Positions 52,483 through 62,835 of a DNA stretch of 64,000 nt are shown piece after piece. Made by a program: the position numbers and the translations under genes. The stretch comes from Bacteroidales bacterium (GTDB lineage: Bacteria; Bacteroidota; Bacteroidia; Bacteroidales; JAADJA01), in assembly GCA_041393255.1 (NCBI GenBank), contig JAWKKM010000018.1, forward strand, positions 41,833 to 105,832, written 5' to 3'. Position 1 is the first letter of the stretch. Each line of letters starts with the position of its first letter. A model generated the notes under the pieces. That model was not told the DNA's origin. It made no database searches and saw only the letters and a program-made list of their open reading frames with translations.

Positions 52483-55109
52483 ATGCCCGAATCTCAACCC
52501 ATCGAAAACGATTTTTTAAAAAAGGCAAGAAATTTTATTGAGGAAAATATCACCAATGAGCAATTTGGTGTTTCTGAACTTGCAGATAAGATGAGCATGG
52601 AAACCGCTCCAACCTTCTTCGTAAAATAAAAAAAGTTAACACAATTATCAACAGTCAATTCATCAGTCAGGTTCGTTTGCAACAAGCTACAGAAATGTTG
52701 AGGAATCCTCATTGACTGTTTCTGAAATATCTTACAAAGTAGGAGTTTAGCCCTTCTTATTTTATCAAATGCTTCCGCGATTATTATGGATTTCCTCCCG
52801 GTGAAGCAGTGAAAAGAGATACAATTGAAAAGGAATACAATCCCATTGATCAAAAATCACACTCGCATCAGTTGGCGGCCATCATGTTTACCGACATCAG
52901 GGTTTCACGGCTTTGATGCAACAAGATGAAGAAAAAGCAATCGAATTCAGAAGCCGGCACAGGGAAATTTTTAATGCCTCCACCAAAAAATTCCGGGGTA
53001 AAATTCTACAATATTGGGGTGATGGCACATTAAGTACATTTTCGAGTGCCATTGATGCTGTGAAATGTGCTATAGAAATGCAATTGGCGTTCAGGGAGAA
53101 ACCTCAAATTCCGTTGCGTATTGGCATCCACACTGGCGATATCATTTTTACGGAAGACGACATCATCGGGGATGGTGTAAATGTTGCCTCCAGGATCGAA
53201 TCCCTTGCTGTTGCCGGAAGTGTTTTTATTTCAGAAAAGGTATATGATGAGGTTAAAAATCAGCCAGGGATCCGACCATCTCCTTGGGTGTTTTTGAGCT
53301 TAAAAATGTCAACAAGCCTTTGGAGATCTTTGCTGTTGCAAACCAAGGCCTTGTGGTGCCCGAAAAAAGCCAAATCACGCACAGCGAAAAATCAGGATCA
53401 AAGATAAATGGCAGGAAAACCTGAGAAGAAAGACCAGCGGATTAATTAAAATGGGCTATTTTGTTTTTAGCTACAACCCTTATTGGTTATCTCTGATCAA
53501 GCAATTCAACCCATCTTACGACCAGGCGGTTGCACAAACATCAATAGCTGTTTTACCTTTTATAAATGATAGCCAGGATTCAACCAATATCTATCTCATT
53601 AATGGGTTGATGGAGTCCACCTTGAATAACCTTCAAAAAATTAAAGATTTAAGAGTGATTAGCAGGACTTCAGTCGAAAAGTACGGGGACAACCCAATTA
53701 CAATGCCCCGAGATTGGGAGGGAACTGAACGTAAAATATATAGTAAGAGGCAGCGGTCAAAAATGGGCAACCAAATTTCACTGCATATTCAGTTGATCGA
53801 AGAACCTGCTGATAAACACTTATGGTCGGAGCAATACACCCGGGAAGCCAGGGATATATTTAATTTGCAGATGGAAGTGGCCAAAAACATAGCCGATAAA
53901 ATAAAAGTCATCGTCACCCCCGAAGAAGAAGAAAGGATAAACAAACCTCCCACCGAAAACCTGGTGGCATATGATTTTTCTTAAAGGCCGCGACCTGTTT
54001 TTTAACGGAAACCGTGAAAGCTTGGAAAAAGCCATTCCATATTTCAAAAAAGCCATTGAATACGACAACGAATTCGCCCTTGCCTATGCTGATATTGCCA
54101 TAGCGTATTACTATTTAGACATTTTTCTTGCCGACAAAAAGTATTCCGATTCAATCAATAACTATTCCGACAAAGCATTGCTGTTCAACCCGAAACTACC
54201 TCAGGCATTGATTGCGAAAGCATATTTCTACATGCACTACGCAGAATACGAACTTGCTATCCCTTACCTCGAAATGGCCCTTAAATACAATCCCAATTCA
54301 GCCCAGGTAATTAACACCTTAACCGATTTCTACACAAACTATATCCCCAATACCGAAAAATACCTCGAATATGCCCTGATGGGTATCCGGTTGGATATTG
54401 CATCACACGACTCCGTAACTGCCAGTTTCATCTATTTGCATGTAAGCAATGCCTTGATTCAAACAGGGTTTGTAATGGAGGCTCAGAACCTATATTAATC
54501 AATCGTTGGATTACAATCCCAACAATTTATACTCAGTTTATGTAAAGGCCTATATCCAATATGCCGGCAATAGAAACCTTCAGCTTTTGAAGAAACGCCT
54601 GGCCGAAGCCCTCACAAAGGATACGACCCGAATTGATATCATTCGGGAAATCGGCAAAACCTGTTATTTTATGCGCGATTATCAGGATTCGTATAAATAC
54701 TACAAACATTATTTACAGATCACAGATTCCTATGGCCTCGATGTTTACCCTGGCGAGGATGCGAAAATCGCGATTGTTTTGTCTAAGTGGGCCTGAAGAA
54801 GAATCTGAAGCGCTATTTGAAGATTATAAAACCTACGCCAAAAACGACAAATCCATTTACAAACACTTAAGCCTTGCGACTTATTATTCCTACAAGGGTG
54901 ATGCGCAAAGCGCAATCAAACGTTTAAAGGCTCTTTTCGAAGGAGGAAAATTATCATTTCTGGACCATCCTTTTTTTGAAATAGATCCTTTGATGGATGG
55001 CATTAAGGACCTTCCTGAGTTCAAAACAGAAATGAAAAACATTGAATCCAAATTCTGGAAAAAACACAATCAAATCAAAACTGAGCTGAGAGTGAAAGGA
55101 TTAATTTGA
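52483..55109 (+). pseudogene. AraC-type HTH / class III adenylate-guanylate cyclase / TM / TPR multidomain regulator, heavily frameshifted
   Basis: Hand translation across frames: ..FGVSELADKMSM.., ..QVRLQQATEMLRN...TVSEISYKVGF...YF.KCFRDYYGFPPGE.. (AraC HTH). ORF 52913..53407 plus upstream ..LAAIMFTDIRGFTALMQQDEE.., ..GDGTLSTF.., ..IGIHTGD....DD.IGDGVNVASRIESLA.. (cyclase). ORF 53451.. has ..SIAVLPFINDSQDS...LINGL.E..L..L.KI..L.VISRTS... The ORFs from 53971 to 55109 are TPR-like. Confidence 0.65.
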
Positions 55110-55373
55110 ACGATTACCAATATCTTGCATAGATTTTTCAATGCAAGCAATCAGCCTGTGACTATCTTTAATTCTTTCTAGAAATCTCAATATTTATATT
55201 TTATAAGGGTTGAGGGGCTAACATCCCAATATTCAAAGAATCAAAATATGGGAACTTCTATCGTAAGGATTTTATTAAACAATCTTCTTAAATAATTGTT
55301 AAAGGTTGTAAGGTTTGCCTTAAACAAGCAACTAACCCCAAAACACCATGTCAATAAATGAAAATAATATCAT

Positions 55374-56269
55374 GAAGTTGTTTAAAGTTGACGTAATAAA
55401 ATAACGCAAAAAGCTAATATATTCAATGCTTTCCAATGAATTTTGTTTGTTTCAAAACGGATCAAAATAGCCTTAAATGCATCCAGCCAAGCATTGGTCC
55501 TTTCCACAACAAACCTGTTTGTAGAGTAAACTGTCAAAAAGTGTTCACTTTCACTACCGTTTCTTTTTATTTTTATCAATATCTATTATATCATTCCTGT
55601 AACAGAAAGCACGAAAACTCTCTATATCAAACCCTGCATCGGCATTCAGGAATAGCCAGTCTGTCCTTATGTTTGAAGAACGCAGGCTTTCAAACATATT
55701 CTCCACGAACTCTTCGAAATCGATACGCATCATTATGTTCTCCTGAAATAGCTTCACTGCAGGCCAGTGGGATACCTGGCTATCTGTCAGCACAAGCATG
55801 TTGCTGGTCTTCGCCTTTCCTGCCTTGGTAGCCTACTGCCTGTCCGCCCCTTTTGATTAGGTGTGTGTGCCATAAAAATTTGAACACTTGATAAATCAAG
55901 TAGATCGATGCCTTTCAGAATATGTCTCCGAGCTCTTTCCCAACTACCATCTTTGCACACTTCTGAAAGTGATGATAGACACTTGCCCAACCATACTTAC
56001 TCTAAAGAATTGCTTCATTGGGAAGCTGTCTCCATTGACATCCTGTTTTAACCGGTATAAAATTGCTTCAACCACTTGATAACACTTAACTTTTGTGTTT
56101 TTTCGACCGTTCAAATTTCAAATGTGGGCAAATCTCTTTTTTATTGTACTTTTACTTAACACGTTTTTTGAACGAATGATACAACTTGTTGAAATCGAAT
56201 TTTTCTGTATCATTCGTTCTTTTAAACATTCGTGTTTTAATATCTCATTTTTTAACTTTTAACAACTTC
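55374..56269 (-). mobile_element. IS5-like insertion sequence, copy C (896 bp), TSD CAT
   Basis: Same termini as copy A. Direct CAT at 55371-55373 and 56270-56272. Transposase fragments 55382..55579, 55554..55799 and 55787..55990 lie in different frames. Confidence 0.85.
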
Positions 56270-56270
56270 C

Positions 56271-57057
56271 ATGAGAAAAACACTATACTTTTTATTGTTT
56301 GTTTTGTTTGGAGTTTCATTGCAAGCACAGACATTGCTCGATACAGCCCAGAATTTTACAGTGAAAGATCCTTATGGCAACACCCTCCACTTGTTTGACA
56401 TCCTGGATGAAGGTAAGATTGTCGTTATCGATTTCTTTTCCACAAGTTGAGGTTCTTGTCAGGCGTATGCGTCAGATCTGCAGGCGGCATACGAAGAATT
56501 TGGATACAACGATGGAAATGTATTTTTTCTCGGCATTGACAAGGAAATTCAATGAGGATGTAATTTATTACGATTTCTGTTTTTAACGTACATTTTGGGT
56601 ATCGGCGGTAAGGAGGCGGTAACGAGGTTCATTTAGCCTGGGAAGTGCAGGCAACACCTTCGCTGGTCATCATCAGGCCTGATAAGGTGATTGCCATGGC
56701 TCAGCCTACTTAATACCAATAATGTTGTTGACAGTGTTTTGATGGTTGGAGGCATTCAGCAAGCCTGTATGACTTCCATTGCGGAAAGAGAAACAGAGGA
56801 TTTCATGACCATTTCCCCACAATCCGGCTACCAATTTTGCCCGTATCAATTTAAACCTTGATAGAGAAAAAGAGCTGCAAATTAACATTATTAATCTTAC
56901 AGGCCATGTTGTTCAATCGTTTGAACCACAGCGTTACCCGGCAGGGAAATTTGTTTTAAAAGCAGATCTTACAGGCGAACAAAGCGGTTTTTATTTTGTA
57001 CAAGCCATTGAAAACAGGCAAGTGATAAAAACATCAAAACTGATTTTAACACGTTGA
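56271..57057 (+). pseudogene. TlpA/redoxin-like thiol-disulfide oxidoreductase with T9SS C-terminal sorting domain; in-frame TGA at the first active-site Cys position plus several frameshifts
   Basis: MRKTLYFLLFVLFGVSLQAQ (signal peptide) ..GKIVVIDFFSTS-TGA-GSCQ... Later text in other frames: ..NEDVIYYD.., ..EVQATPSLVIIRPDKVIAMAQP.., and the CTD ..ISPQSGYQF.. / ..INLNLDREKELQINIINLTGHVVQSF...GFYFVQAIENRQVIKTSKLILTR. Confidence 0.6.
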
Positions 57058-57123
57058 TTTTGGCAAAAATATTCTATCTTTTCGCCGGTGTTTAATAGAT
57101 TAGTGTATTTATTCCCTTCTATT

Positions 57124-57562
57124 TCATTTATATTTGAAGTTTTTCTTCCCATCTTGAATTTCAATCATTTCGATATTTTTCAATGGAATTGACTCGTCAT
57201 AAAAAGGAATGAACCTGGATTTAACTCCGTATAATACTGAATCACTTAGATAAATTCGATCAAAATAAAGTATTACTCTTTTCCCATTCGCTTCTGTAAT
57301 TCTTGTTTCAATTGACGGGCTATTTATTAATTCCACTAAATTGTTCTGCTTATCAAGACACTTAATAATTCTAATAGGATTCACCAAATATTTGTAAGAT
57401 TCTCCCATTGGACCAACAACATTTACAGTAGTGAATTTTGTGGAATCGATACCCCTGAATTGTTCTATAAGATTTGAAGTTGTAATGTAATAGGTTTTGC
57501 ATGAAGCAAGGAGAATGATTAACAAGAAAACGACCCAAATCGTAATTTTTATTTAATTTCAT
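57124..57562 (-). CDS. Hypothetical lipoprotein (frameshift in the T5/A5 run at 57546-57550 within the signal peptide)
   Basis: ORF 57124..57525 starts ..LIILLASCKTYY (lipobox). An upstream ATG at 57560-57562 (MKLNK..) joins after a 1-nt correction. Confidence 0.5.
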
Positions 57563-57616
57563 TCTTATGAATTTTCTCAAAAATAACAAAAATGATCACA
57601 AATTGTATGTCAAATA

Positions 57617-58192
57617 TTATCTAATAATTCCATTTATGCACATATATTTCAAATAATCCATCATCAGGGTTATTTCGAACGGGTCAATACCAAATTTGAG
57701 CAGGTACTTTTTGTCTTCATTAAAACTGATCAAAAAGGACTTCATGCTATTGTCTTCATGGGTCAACGACAATTTGTAGTTCTTCAATGCTTTCTGTCGG
57801 TTTCCAAGGCACCATTCTACATGTCCAAGATTCATGAAATCATGCTTATTGGTCACATTCACCATTAGGTTTTCATAGTGCTTTTTTGCACTTTCAAACT
57901 TCCCCATCACAAACAAGCACCAGGCAATGGGCCGTAGCACTTTTTTGTTTTCATCGGCCAAAAATTCCACCTTGAAGTAATATTCCAGTGCTTTCTCAAA
58001 ATTATTCAAGTCGAGATAAGAGTGGCCGATATAGGTTTGGATGTACATATTATCAGGTTCAAGCTTTTCTGCTTCAAGGTAATACTTTAGGGATTCTTCA
58101 AAATTCTTAAGATGGCGATTGCGAAACGAAACTTTTAGATTCCATGATCGGTTTGCATCATACAATTCCGCCTTTTGTAAAAGGCAATGCAT
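57617..58192 (-). CDS. TPR repeat protein (191 aa), possibly the C-terminal part of the upstream ORF
   Basis: TPR-like helices (..EESLKYYLEAEKLEPDNMYIQTYIGHSYLDLNNFEKALEYYFK..). The start overlaps the upstream stop as TGATG at 58190-58194. In this frame, TPR-like text (..RYCYQKLK..) continues ~40 nt upstream of the ATG. Confidence 0.6.
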   Translation of the reverse strand: MHCLLQKAELYDANRSWNLKVSFRNRHLKNFEESLKYYLEAEKLEPDNMYIQTYIGHSYLDLNNFEKALEYYFKVEFLADENKKVLRPIAWCLFVMGKFESAKKHYENLMVNVTNKHDFMNLGHVEWCLGNRQKALKNYKLSLTHEDNSMKSFLISFNEDKKYLLKFGIDPFEITLMMDYLKYMCINGIIR

Positions 58193-59847
58193 CAGGATAG
58201 TTTTGAGTTTTTGATAGCAATATCTATTTTCAAAATTTCAAGAGAATTATCGCCCTTTTCATGTAACGAAAGGAATAACCTAAGAGCGGCGCCAAAATGA
58301 TCTTTTTCGAAAAGAAACTCCGCGATATTTCTAAAAATCTGGTCATCCTGAACCACAATATCGAAAAACACACTTTTGCTGAAATCAAATTCTAAACCAA
58401 ACACATCAAGAAACTCGTATTTCTGTGGATGCAGTTTATAAAACCTATAGAGGTCGTGAATATACTGGGCATAGATACTTTTAACGCTGGCAGACTTATT
58501 GAGCAGGTCATCTTCTTCCTGCAACTCCTTGATCCCCTCAAGCTCGGCATTAAACATCTCCATCATCATACTCTTCTGCATATCGGGCATGTGTTGCAGG
58601 TTCAGACAAAACGAATACTTGTCGGAATTGCACATGAAAAAGGAACTGGCCAACCCGTTCAGGAACCGTCCGGAATCAAACGATTCTTTTTGTAGTATTT
58701 CGTTTATGATAAAGTTGTCTTTGTGAAAAGGCCGGAACCAATTAATAAGTTCATTAAAAAAGTCAAAATGTTTTAAGCGGGCGAATGCACTCATAAATAC
58801 GTCAGCGCCTTCCATTTGCATCTTCGAAATTTCCTGCAATTTATCAAGCAAATCGGGTGCATCTTCAAAAACCCTTTCCCAGTCAGGATTTTTATCCTCC
58901 ATAAAGTCTTGTGAAATAATGTTGTCAAGGTCCAGTTTGTCTTTCAAAATGGGCTGGTATTTCACCATTTCAGGGATGATCTCTTCTTCCAGTTTTTTGG
59001 TGATCTTCTCGGTTTCCTTCGATTTCAAAAACTGAATGGCAATGAGCTCAATCTCTTTTCCAATTTCCGGGACATCACTTAGCAATCCAATCTTAGCCAG
59101 GACCGATGGATAAAAATCCATCCTTGCATTGTAAATGTGCAAACAAAGAAAAAGCCCTACCAATGCACGTTGCCTTACCTGGCCGGTTTCCTCAATGGAA
59201 AAATCAACCAGCAACTCTATTTTTTTAGTGTCAAAACACCGGATCAAACTGATGGTCATGGCACTGATAACAATGGATTTTTCGAACCACGGAAAACTCT
59301 TCTGTTTCCAGATCTCTCGGATCATTTTTACATCCGACTCTTTGAATTTGTCGGTTAACCAAATCAAATTAAAAATACGGATAAGTACTTCCTGGTGTTT
59401 AAGGTATTCTTCCTTTTCATTCAAGGGGGTATCAAGGCTGCTTTTTAATAGTTCTGAAAGTTCATCGTCGAAAGCCAGGGTTTCAAACTTGTTTAAAACT
59501 TCCTCCTGAATTTGCTTTGATTCAAATTCAAGCCTCTTTTTCAAACGGTTAACATAAAGGTCGCTTTCGTTCATTAAGGCGTATTGCAGCGCAACATCCG
59601 AAAGTTCGAGGGTAGAAACCTGTAATCTCCGGTAGATTTTATCACGGTCAGGATCGACAATACCATCAATTGTGTATTTTAATAAATTTTCGTAGGTACT
59701 GTCCATCCTTTCAAACTCATTAAAGAAATCACCTTTACGTGATTTTAAGACCAAATCTTTAAGTATCTCAAATGCATCTTTCAGCTTATTATCAAGAACA
59801 AGATTTTCAATCTTCTTATAATTTCTTTCCAGTGTTTTTCTTATCAT
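58192..59847 (-). CDS. Hypothetical protein (551 aa), all-helical, no motif recognised
   Basis: Long intact ORF. Either translationally coupled to 57617..58192 or fused with it (a 1-nt change near 58235 would join them). Confidence 0.6.
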   Translation of the reverse strand: MIRKTLERNYKKIENLVLDNKLKDAFEILKDLVLKSRKGDFFNEFERMDSTYENLLKYTIDGIVDPDRDKIYRRLQVSTLELSDVALQYALMNESDLYVNRLKKRLEFESKQIQEEVLNKFETLAFDDELSELLKSSLDTPLNEKEEYLKHQEVLIRIFNLIWLTDKFKESDVKMIREIWKQKSFPWFEKSIVISAMTISLIRCFDTKKIELLVDFSIEETGQVRQRALVGLFLCLHIYNARMDFYPSVLAKIGLLSDVPEIGKEIELIAIQFLKSKETEKITKKLEEEIIPEMVKYQPILKDKLDLDNIISQDFMEDKNPDWERVFEDAPDLLDKLQEISKMQMEGADVFMSAFARLKHFDFFNELINWFRPFHKDNFIINEILQKESFDSGRFLNGLASSFFMCNSDKYSFCLNLQHMPDMQKSMMMEMFNAELEGIKELQEEDDLLNKSASVKSIYAQYIHDLYRFYKLHPQKYEFLDVFGLEFDFSKSVFFDIVVQDDQIFRNIAEFLFEKDHFGAALRLFLSLHEKGDNSLEILKIDIAIKNSKLS

Positions 59848-59881
59848 AATTCAAATATCCTATATATAAATAGCATAAATC

Positions 59882-60340
59882 CTACTCCGATTTTAAAATC
59901 TCAAACGTAATTGATTCGGTTATAACTACTGAATCGCTAACCATTACAAATTTTTTTGAATTGCCCGATAATCTATAATCTTTTTCTTTAACATACATGG
60001 ATGCAGAAAAGGAAGCTGTACTGCTTGCAATGGAAAGCAGGTAAGGGGATTGCAGCTGGCCGCTGATGGTGGCTGAATAGTAATTGGGTACATTTATAAA
60101 AACATTTAAATAATCAGGGGCCGTTTCCTCAATGTTTATGGTAGCAGGAAGATCATGAGTATATTCATTCAAACCCACATCATAATAATCGCAACTACCA
60201 CTATAATTGCCTACCCATGATGTTGCAGTGCAATCATAGCAATTTCCCCACCCCTCTGACGGGTCCGGTTCCTCTTCTTTATCACAGCTTGAGGCAAAAA
60301 AGAAGGAAATCGAGATAATAAAAAACAATTTGTATTTCAT
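59882..60340 (-). CDS. Hypothetical lipoprotein
   Basis: The internal Met gives MKYKLFFIISISFFFASSCDKEEE (lipobox). The ORF track extends to 60448, but that extension lacks signal-peptide features. Confidence 0.5.
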   Translation of the reverse strand: MKYKLFFIISISFFFASSCDKEEEPDPSEGWGNCYDCTATSWVGNYSGSCDYYDVGLNEYTHDLPATINIEETAPDYLNVFINVPNYYSATISGQLQSPYLLSIASSTASFSASMYVKEKDYRLSGNSKKFVMVSDSVVITESITFEILKSE

Positions 60341-60466
60341 ATTGCTTATATGCATTATTTTGTAATTTAGTATTCCGTCTGTCAAAGATAACAATATTGT
60401 CATTAAATATAAAAACGAACTTTTAATTTTAGCCATGAAAGGATTCATCTATTTATTAGAATTGTT

Positions 60467-60853
60467 GTGATAGCTTTACTCACAGGGATATTTTCGTCAT
60501 GTGTTGAGGATGATTTGGCAAATCCCCAAAGCGACCGGGACAAGTTTATTGGCGCATGGGATGTCAATGAAAACTGCCAACGCATATCCTACAGCGTAAC
60601 AATTGAAGCAGACCCCACCAACAGTGCACAAGTCATTCTTAAAAACTTCTGGCTAATCGGATACCAGGAAGAGCCACCTTATGCAATAGTCGCCGGTAAT
60701 AACATTGTTATTCCGAAGCAGTATATCGCTAACAATAAAGACATTGAAGTTACGGGAAGTGGAAACTATTCAGATGAAGAAATCACCTGGAACTTTACTG
60801 TGAACGATGGAGCGGATCTGTATACCTGTGATGCTTTTTATGAAAAACCCTGA
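60467..60853 (+). CDS. Hypothetical lipoprotein (lipocalin-like size)
   Basis: ..IALLTGIFSSCVEDD (lipobox). A possible true start at ATG 60435 (MKGFIYLL) lies in another frame. Confidence 0.5.
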   Translation: MIALLTGIFSSCVEDDLANPQSDRDKFIGAWDVNENCQRISYSVTIEADPTNSAQVILKNFWLIGYQEEPPYAIVAGNNIVIPKQYIANNKDIEVTGSGNYSDEEITWNFTVNDGADLYTCDAFYEKP

Positions 60854-61240
60854 TCATTCCTCCTCCTTAGCCTGGTCGGCATCGGTTTTCATTTTGCTTA
60901 AACGTGTAATTACATCCGCATAAATACCATCAAGAAAATCAAGGTCGTTTTGGTAATATTCGAAACTCCGGTTAAACTGTTCTCTTGTAATGCTATGCTT
61001 TTCAAGGATAGAATTATAAAGGTGGAATTTTTTATAATTAACGGTATCTTTATTATCCTTTTTTTTGCTTTCCGTATTTATTATCGCATCATATAACTCA
61101 AGGTCAACGATAATATCAACCATTTCTTCCCTCGAAAGCAAATCGTCAGGAGGTTTGCTGCGTTTATCAATACTTTGTGTACAGTTTGATAAAAAAACCG
61201 ACCAAAGTACAAACCCTATGAAAAGAATATTATTTTTCAA
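60854..61240 (-). CDS. DUF4296-like lipoprotein
   Basis: MKNNILFIGFVLWSVFLSNC (lipobox) followed by ..LLSREEMVDIIVDLELYDAI.., which resembles DUF4296. The TTG start overlaps the upstream stop by 4 nt. Confidence 0.45.
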   Translation of the reverse strand: MKNNILFIGFVLWSVFLSNCTQSIDKRSKPPDDLLSREEMVDIIVDLELYDAIINTESKKKDNKDTVNYKKFHLYNSILEKHSITREQFNRSFEYYQNDLDFLDGIYADVITRLSKMKTDADQAKEEE

Positions 61241-61890
61241 TCTTCAGGGGTATTGGCTAAACGGTATTCCTTATTGAGCCCTTCGAGTATTTGAGAAGTA
61301 ATATCAAAAGTATCTTTTGCCAAAAATATATTTCCGGCTGTATTATAACCCAAAATATAGTCGTAGTTATACACCTTGTTGAGACGTTCAAGGTAATTTC
61401 TGACACTATCTAACAAAACGACATTCATTTCAAATTCTTTTTGTTGCATCTCAGAAGCATATTGTTCCTGTAAGGCATAAAGGTCTTGCTGCTTGGCCAT
61501 TAATTGTTCATAAATAACCTGGGCGCTTTGCTCGGAGATGCTTTGCTTCTGAACCTGGTCCTGGAAATGAGCAGCATCTGTTTCAAAAGCCTTTTGTTTT
61601 GGGTAAAATCCGCATCTTTTCTTTTCGATTCACGCTCAAGATTCAGCACTCATCTCACTTTAACCAACTCATATAAAGCAAAACATCCGAATTTACAAAT
61701 ACAATTGCGTTTAGTCCCGATGCAACAATGGGCATATTTTGTATTTGCTTTTCAACTACAGGTTAAATCTTTATCGGTAAAATGCACAATAAATAAAACG
61801 ATGGTACCAACAAGGGCAACAATACTTAGAATCAAACCCAGGTCAAGTGATTTGCTTTTTTGTTTTCGGTTATTTCCATTTGCTATTCAT
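61237..61890 (-). CDS. OmpH/Skp-family periplasmic chaperone-like protein, N-terminal half frameshifted
   Basis: ORF 61237..61500 is a Q/E-rich coiled coil (..QEQYASEMQQKEFEMN..) ending ..ILEGLNKEY... Upstream frames read ..LDLGLILSIVALVGTIVLF.. (signal anchor) and ..IVFVNSDVLL... ATG at 61888-61890. Confidence 0.5.
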
Positions 61891-61899
61891 TTTTATGAT

Positions 61900-62760
61900 G
61901 AAGTTGTCAAAAGTTGAATGTTAAAAAGAACGAACGATACACAGAAATTGGATTTCAATAAGTTGTATCATTCGTTCAAAAACTTCATGTTGAACAAAAG
62001 TATAATAAAAAAGAGATTTGTCCACATTTAAAGTTCGGAAATTCGATATATCAAGTGGTAGAATCGATACTATATCGGCTAAAAACAGGATGCCAATGGA
62101 GCAACTGCCCATGAAACAATTTTCAGGGTAAAATACCATTGGCAGAGCGTTCCCATTATCACTTTCAGAAATGGTGCAAAGATGGTAGCTGGGAACAAGT
62201 TTGGAAGTATGTTCTGGAAAAGTACAAGGATTTGCTGGACATGTCAAGTGTTCAGGCGATGTACACATACACCCACCAAAAGGGGCGGACAGGCAGTGGG
62301 CTACCAAGGCAGGAAAAAAGCAAGACCAACAGCTGTCTTATCCTAACAGATAATCAGGGTATCCCATTGGCCTGTAGTGAAAGGCTGTTTCCAGGGAAAC
62401 CATAATGATGCATATCAACTTGAGCAGTCCGTGGACAAAATGCTTCCATTCTGATCCTCAAACATAAGAACAGACTGGTTGTTCTTAAATGCCGATGCAA
62501 GGGTTTGACGTGAAACTCTAGTGTCTTTCTGTTACGGAATGATATAATAGATAATATTGATAAAAATAAAAGAAACGGCTGTGAAAGTGAGCACCTTTTT
62601 GACAGTTTACTGTACAAATGCCTTTGTTGTGGAACGGACCCGATGCATGGCTAGATGCTTTAAAGCTATTTGATCCGTTTTGAAACAAATGAAATTCATT
62701 GGAAAGTTAAGATTTATTAGCTTTTTGCGTTATTTTATTACGTCAACTTTAAACAACTTC
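61900..62760 (+). mobile_element. IS5-like insertion sequence, copy D (861 bp), TSD GAT
   Basis: Termini GAAGTTGTCAAAAGTT ... AACTTTAAACAACTTC. Direct GAT at 61897-61899 and 62761-62763. Same subtype as copy B, with the transposase text in several frames. Confidence 0.85.
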
Positions 62761-62835
62761 GATAAAAAAGACCAAACAAAACCTGCTGGCCTTTCAAAGT
62801 TTTCGGCAAAAATAATTGATTTTTAAAACTTTTTG

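Noticed and set aside
52494-52853. 119-aa minus-strand ORF.
   Set aside because: It lies antisense to a region whose plus strand reads as an AraC-type HTH across frames, and it has no features of its own.
56464-56493. Calling the hairpin downstream of the in-frame TGA a bona fide SECIS element.
   Set aside because: It is only a 7-bp stem with a large 16-nt loop and no recognisable conserved apical features. I kept it as supporting context for the Sec candidate finding, not as a feature.
14409-62763. That the AT next to each IS5-like end is part of the inverted repeat rather than a target duplication.
   Set aside because: For copies A (ATT/ATT) and B (AAT/AAT) the flanks are direct repeats, and they would not be complementary if read as inverted repeats. 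A 3-bp TSD fits all four copies.
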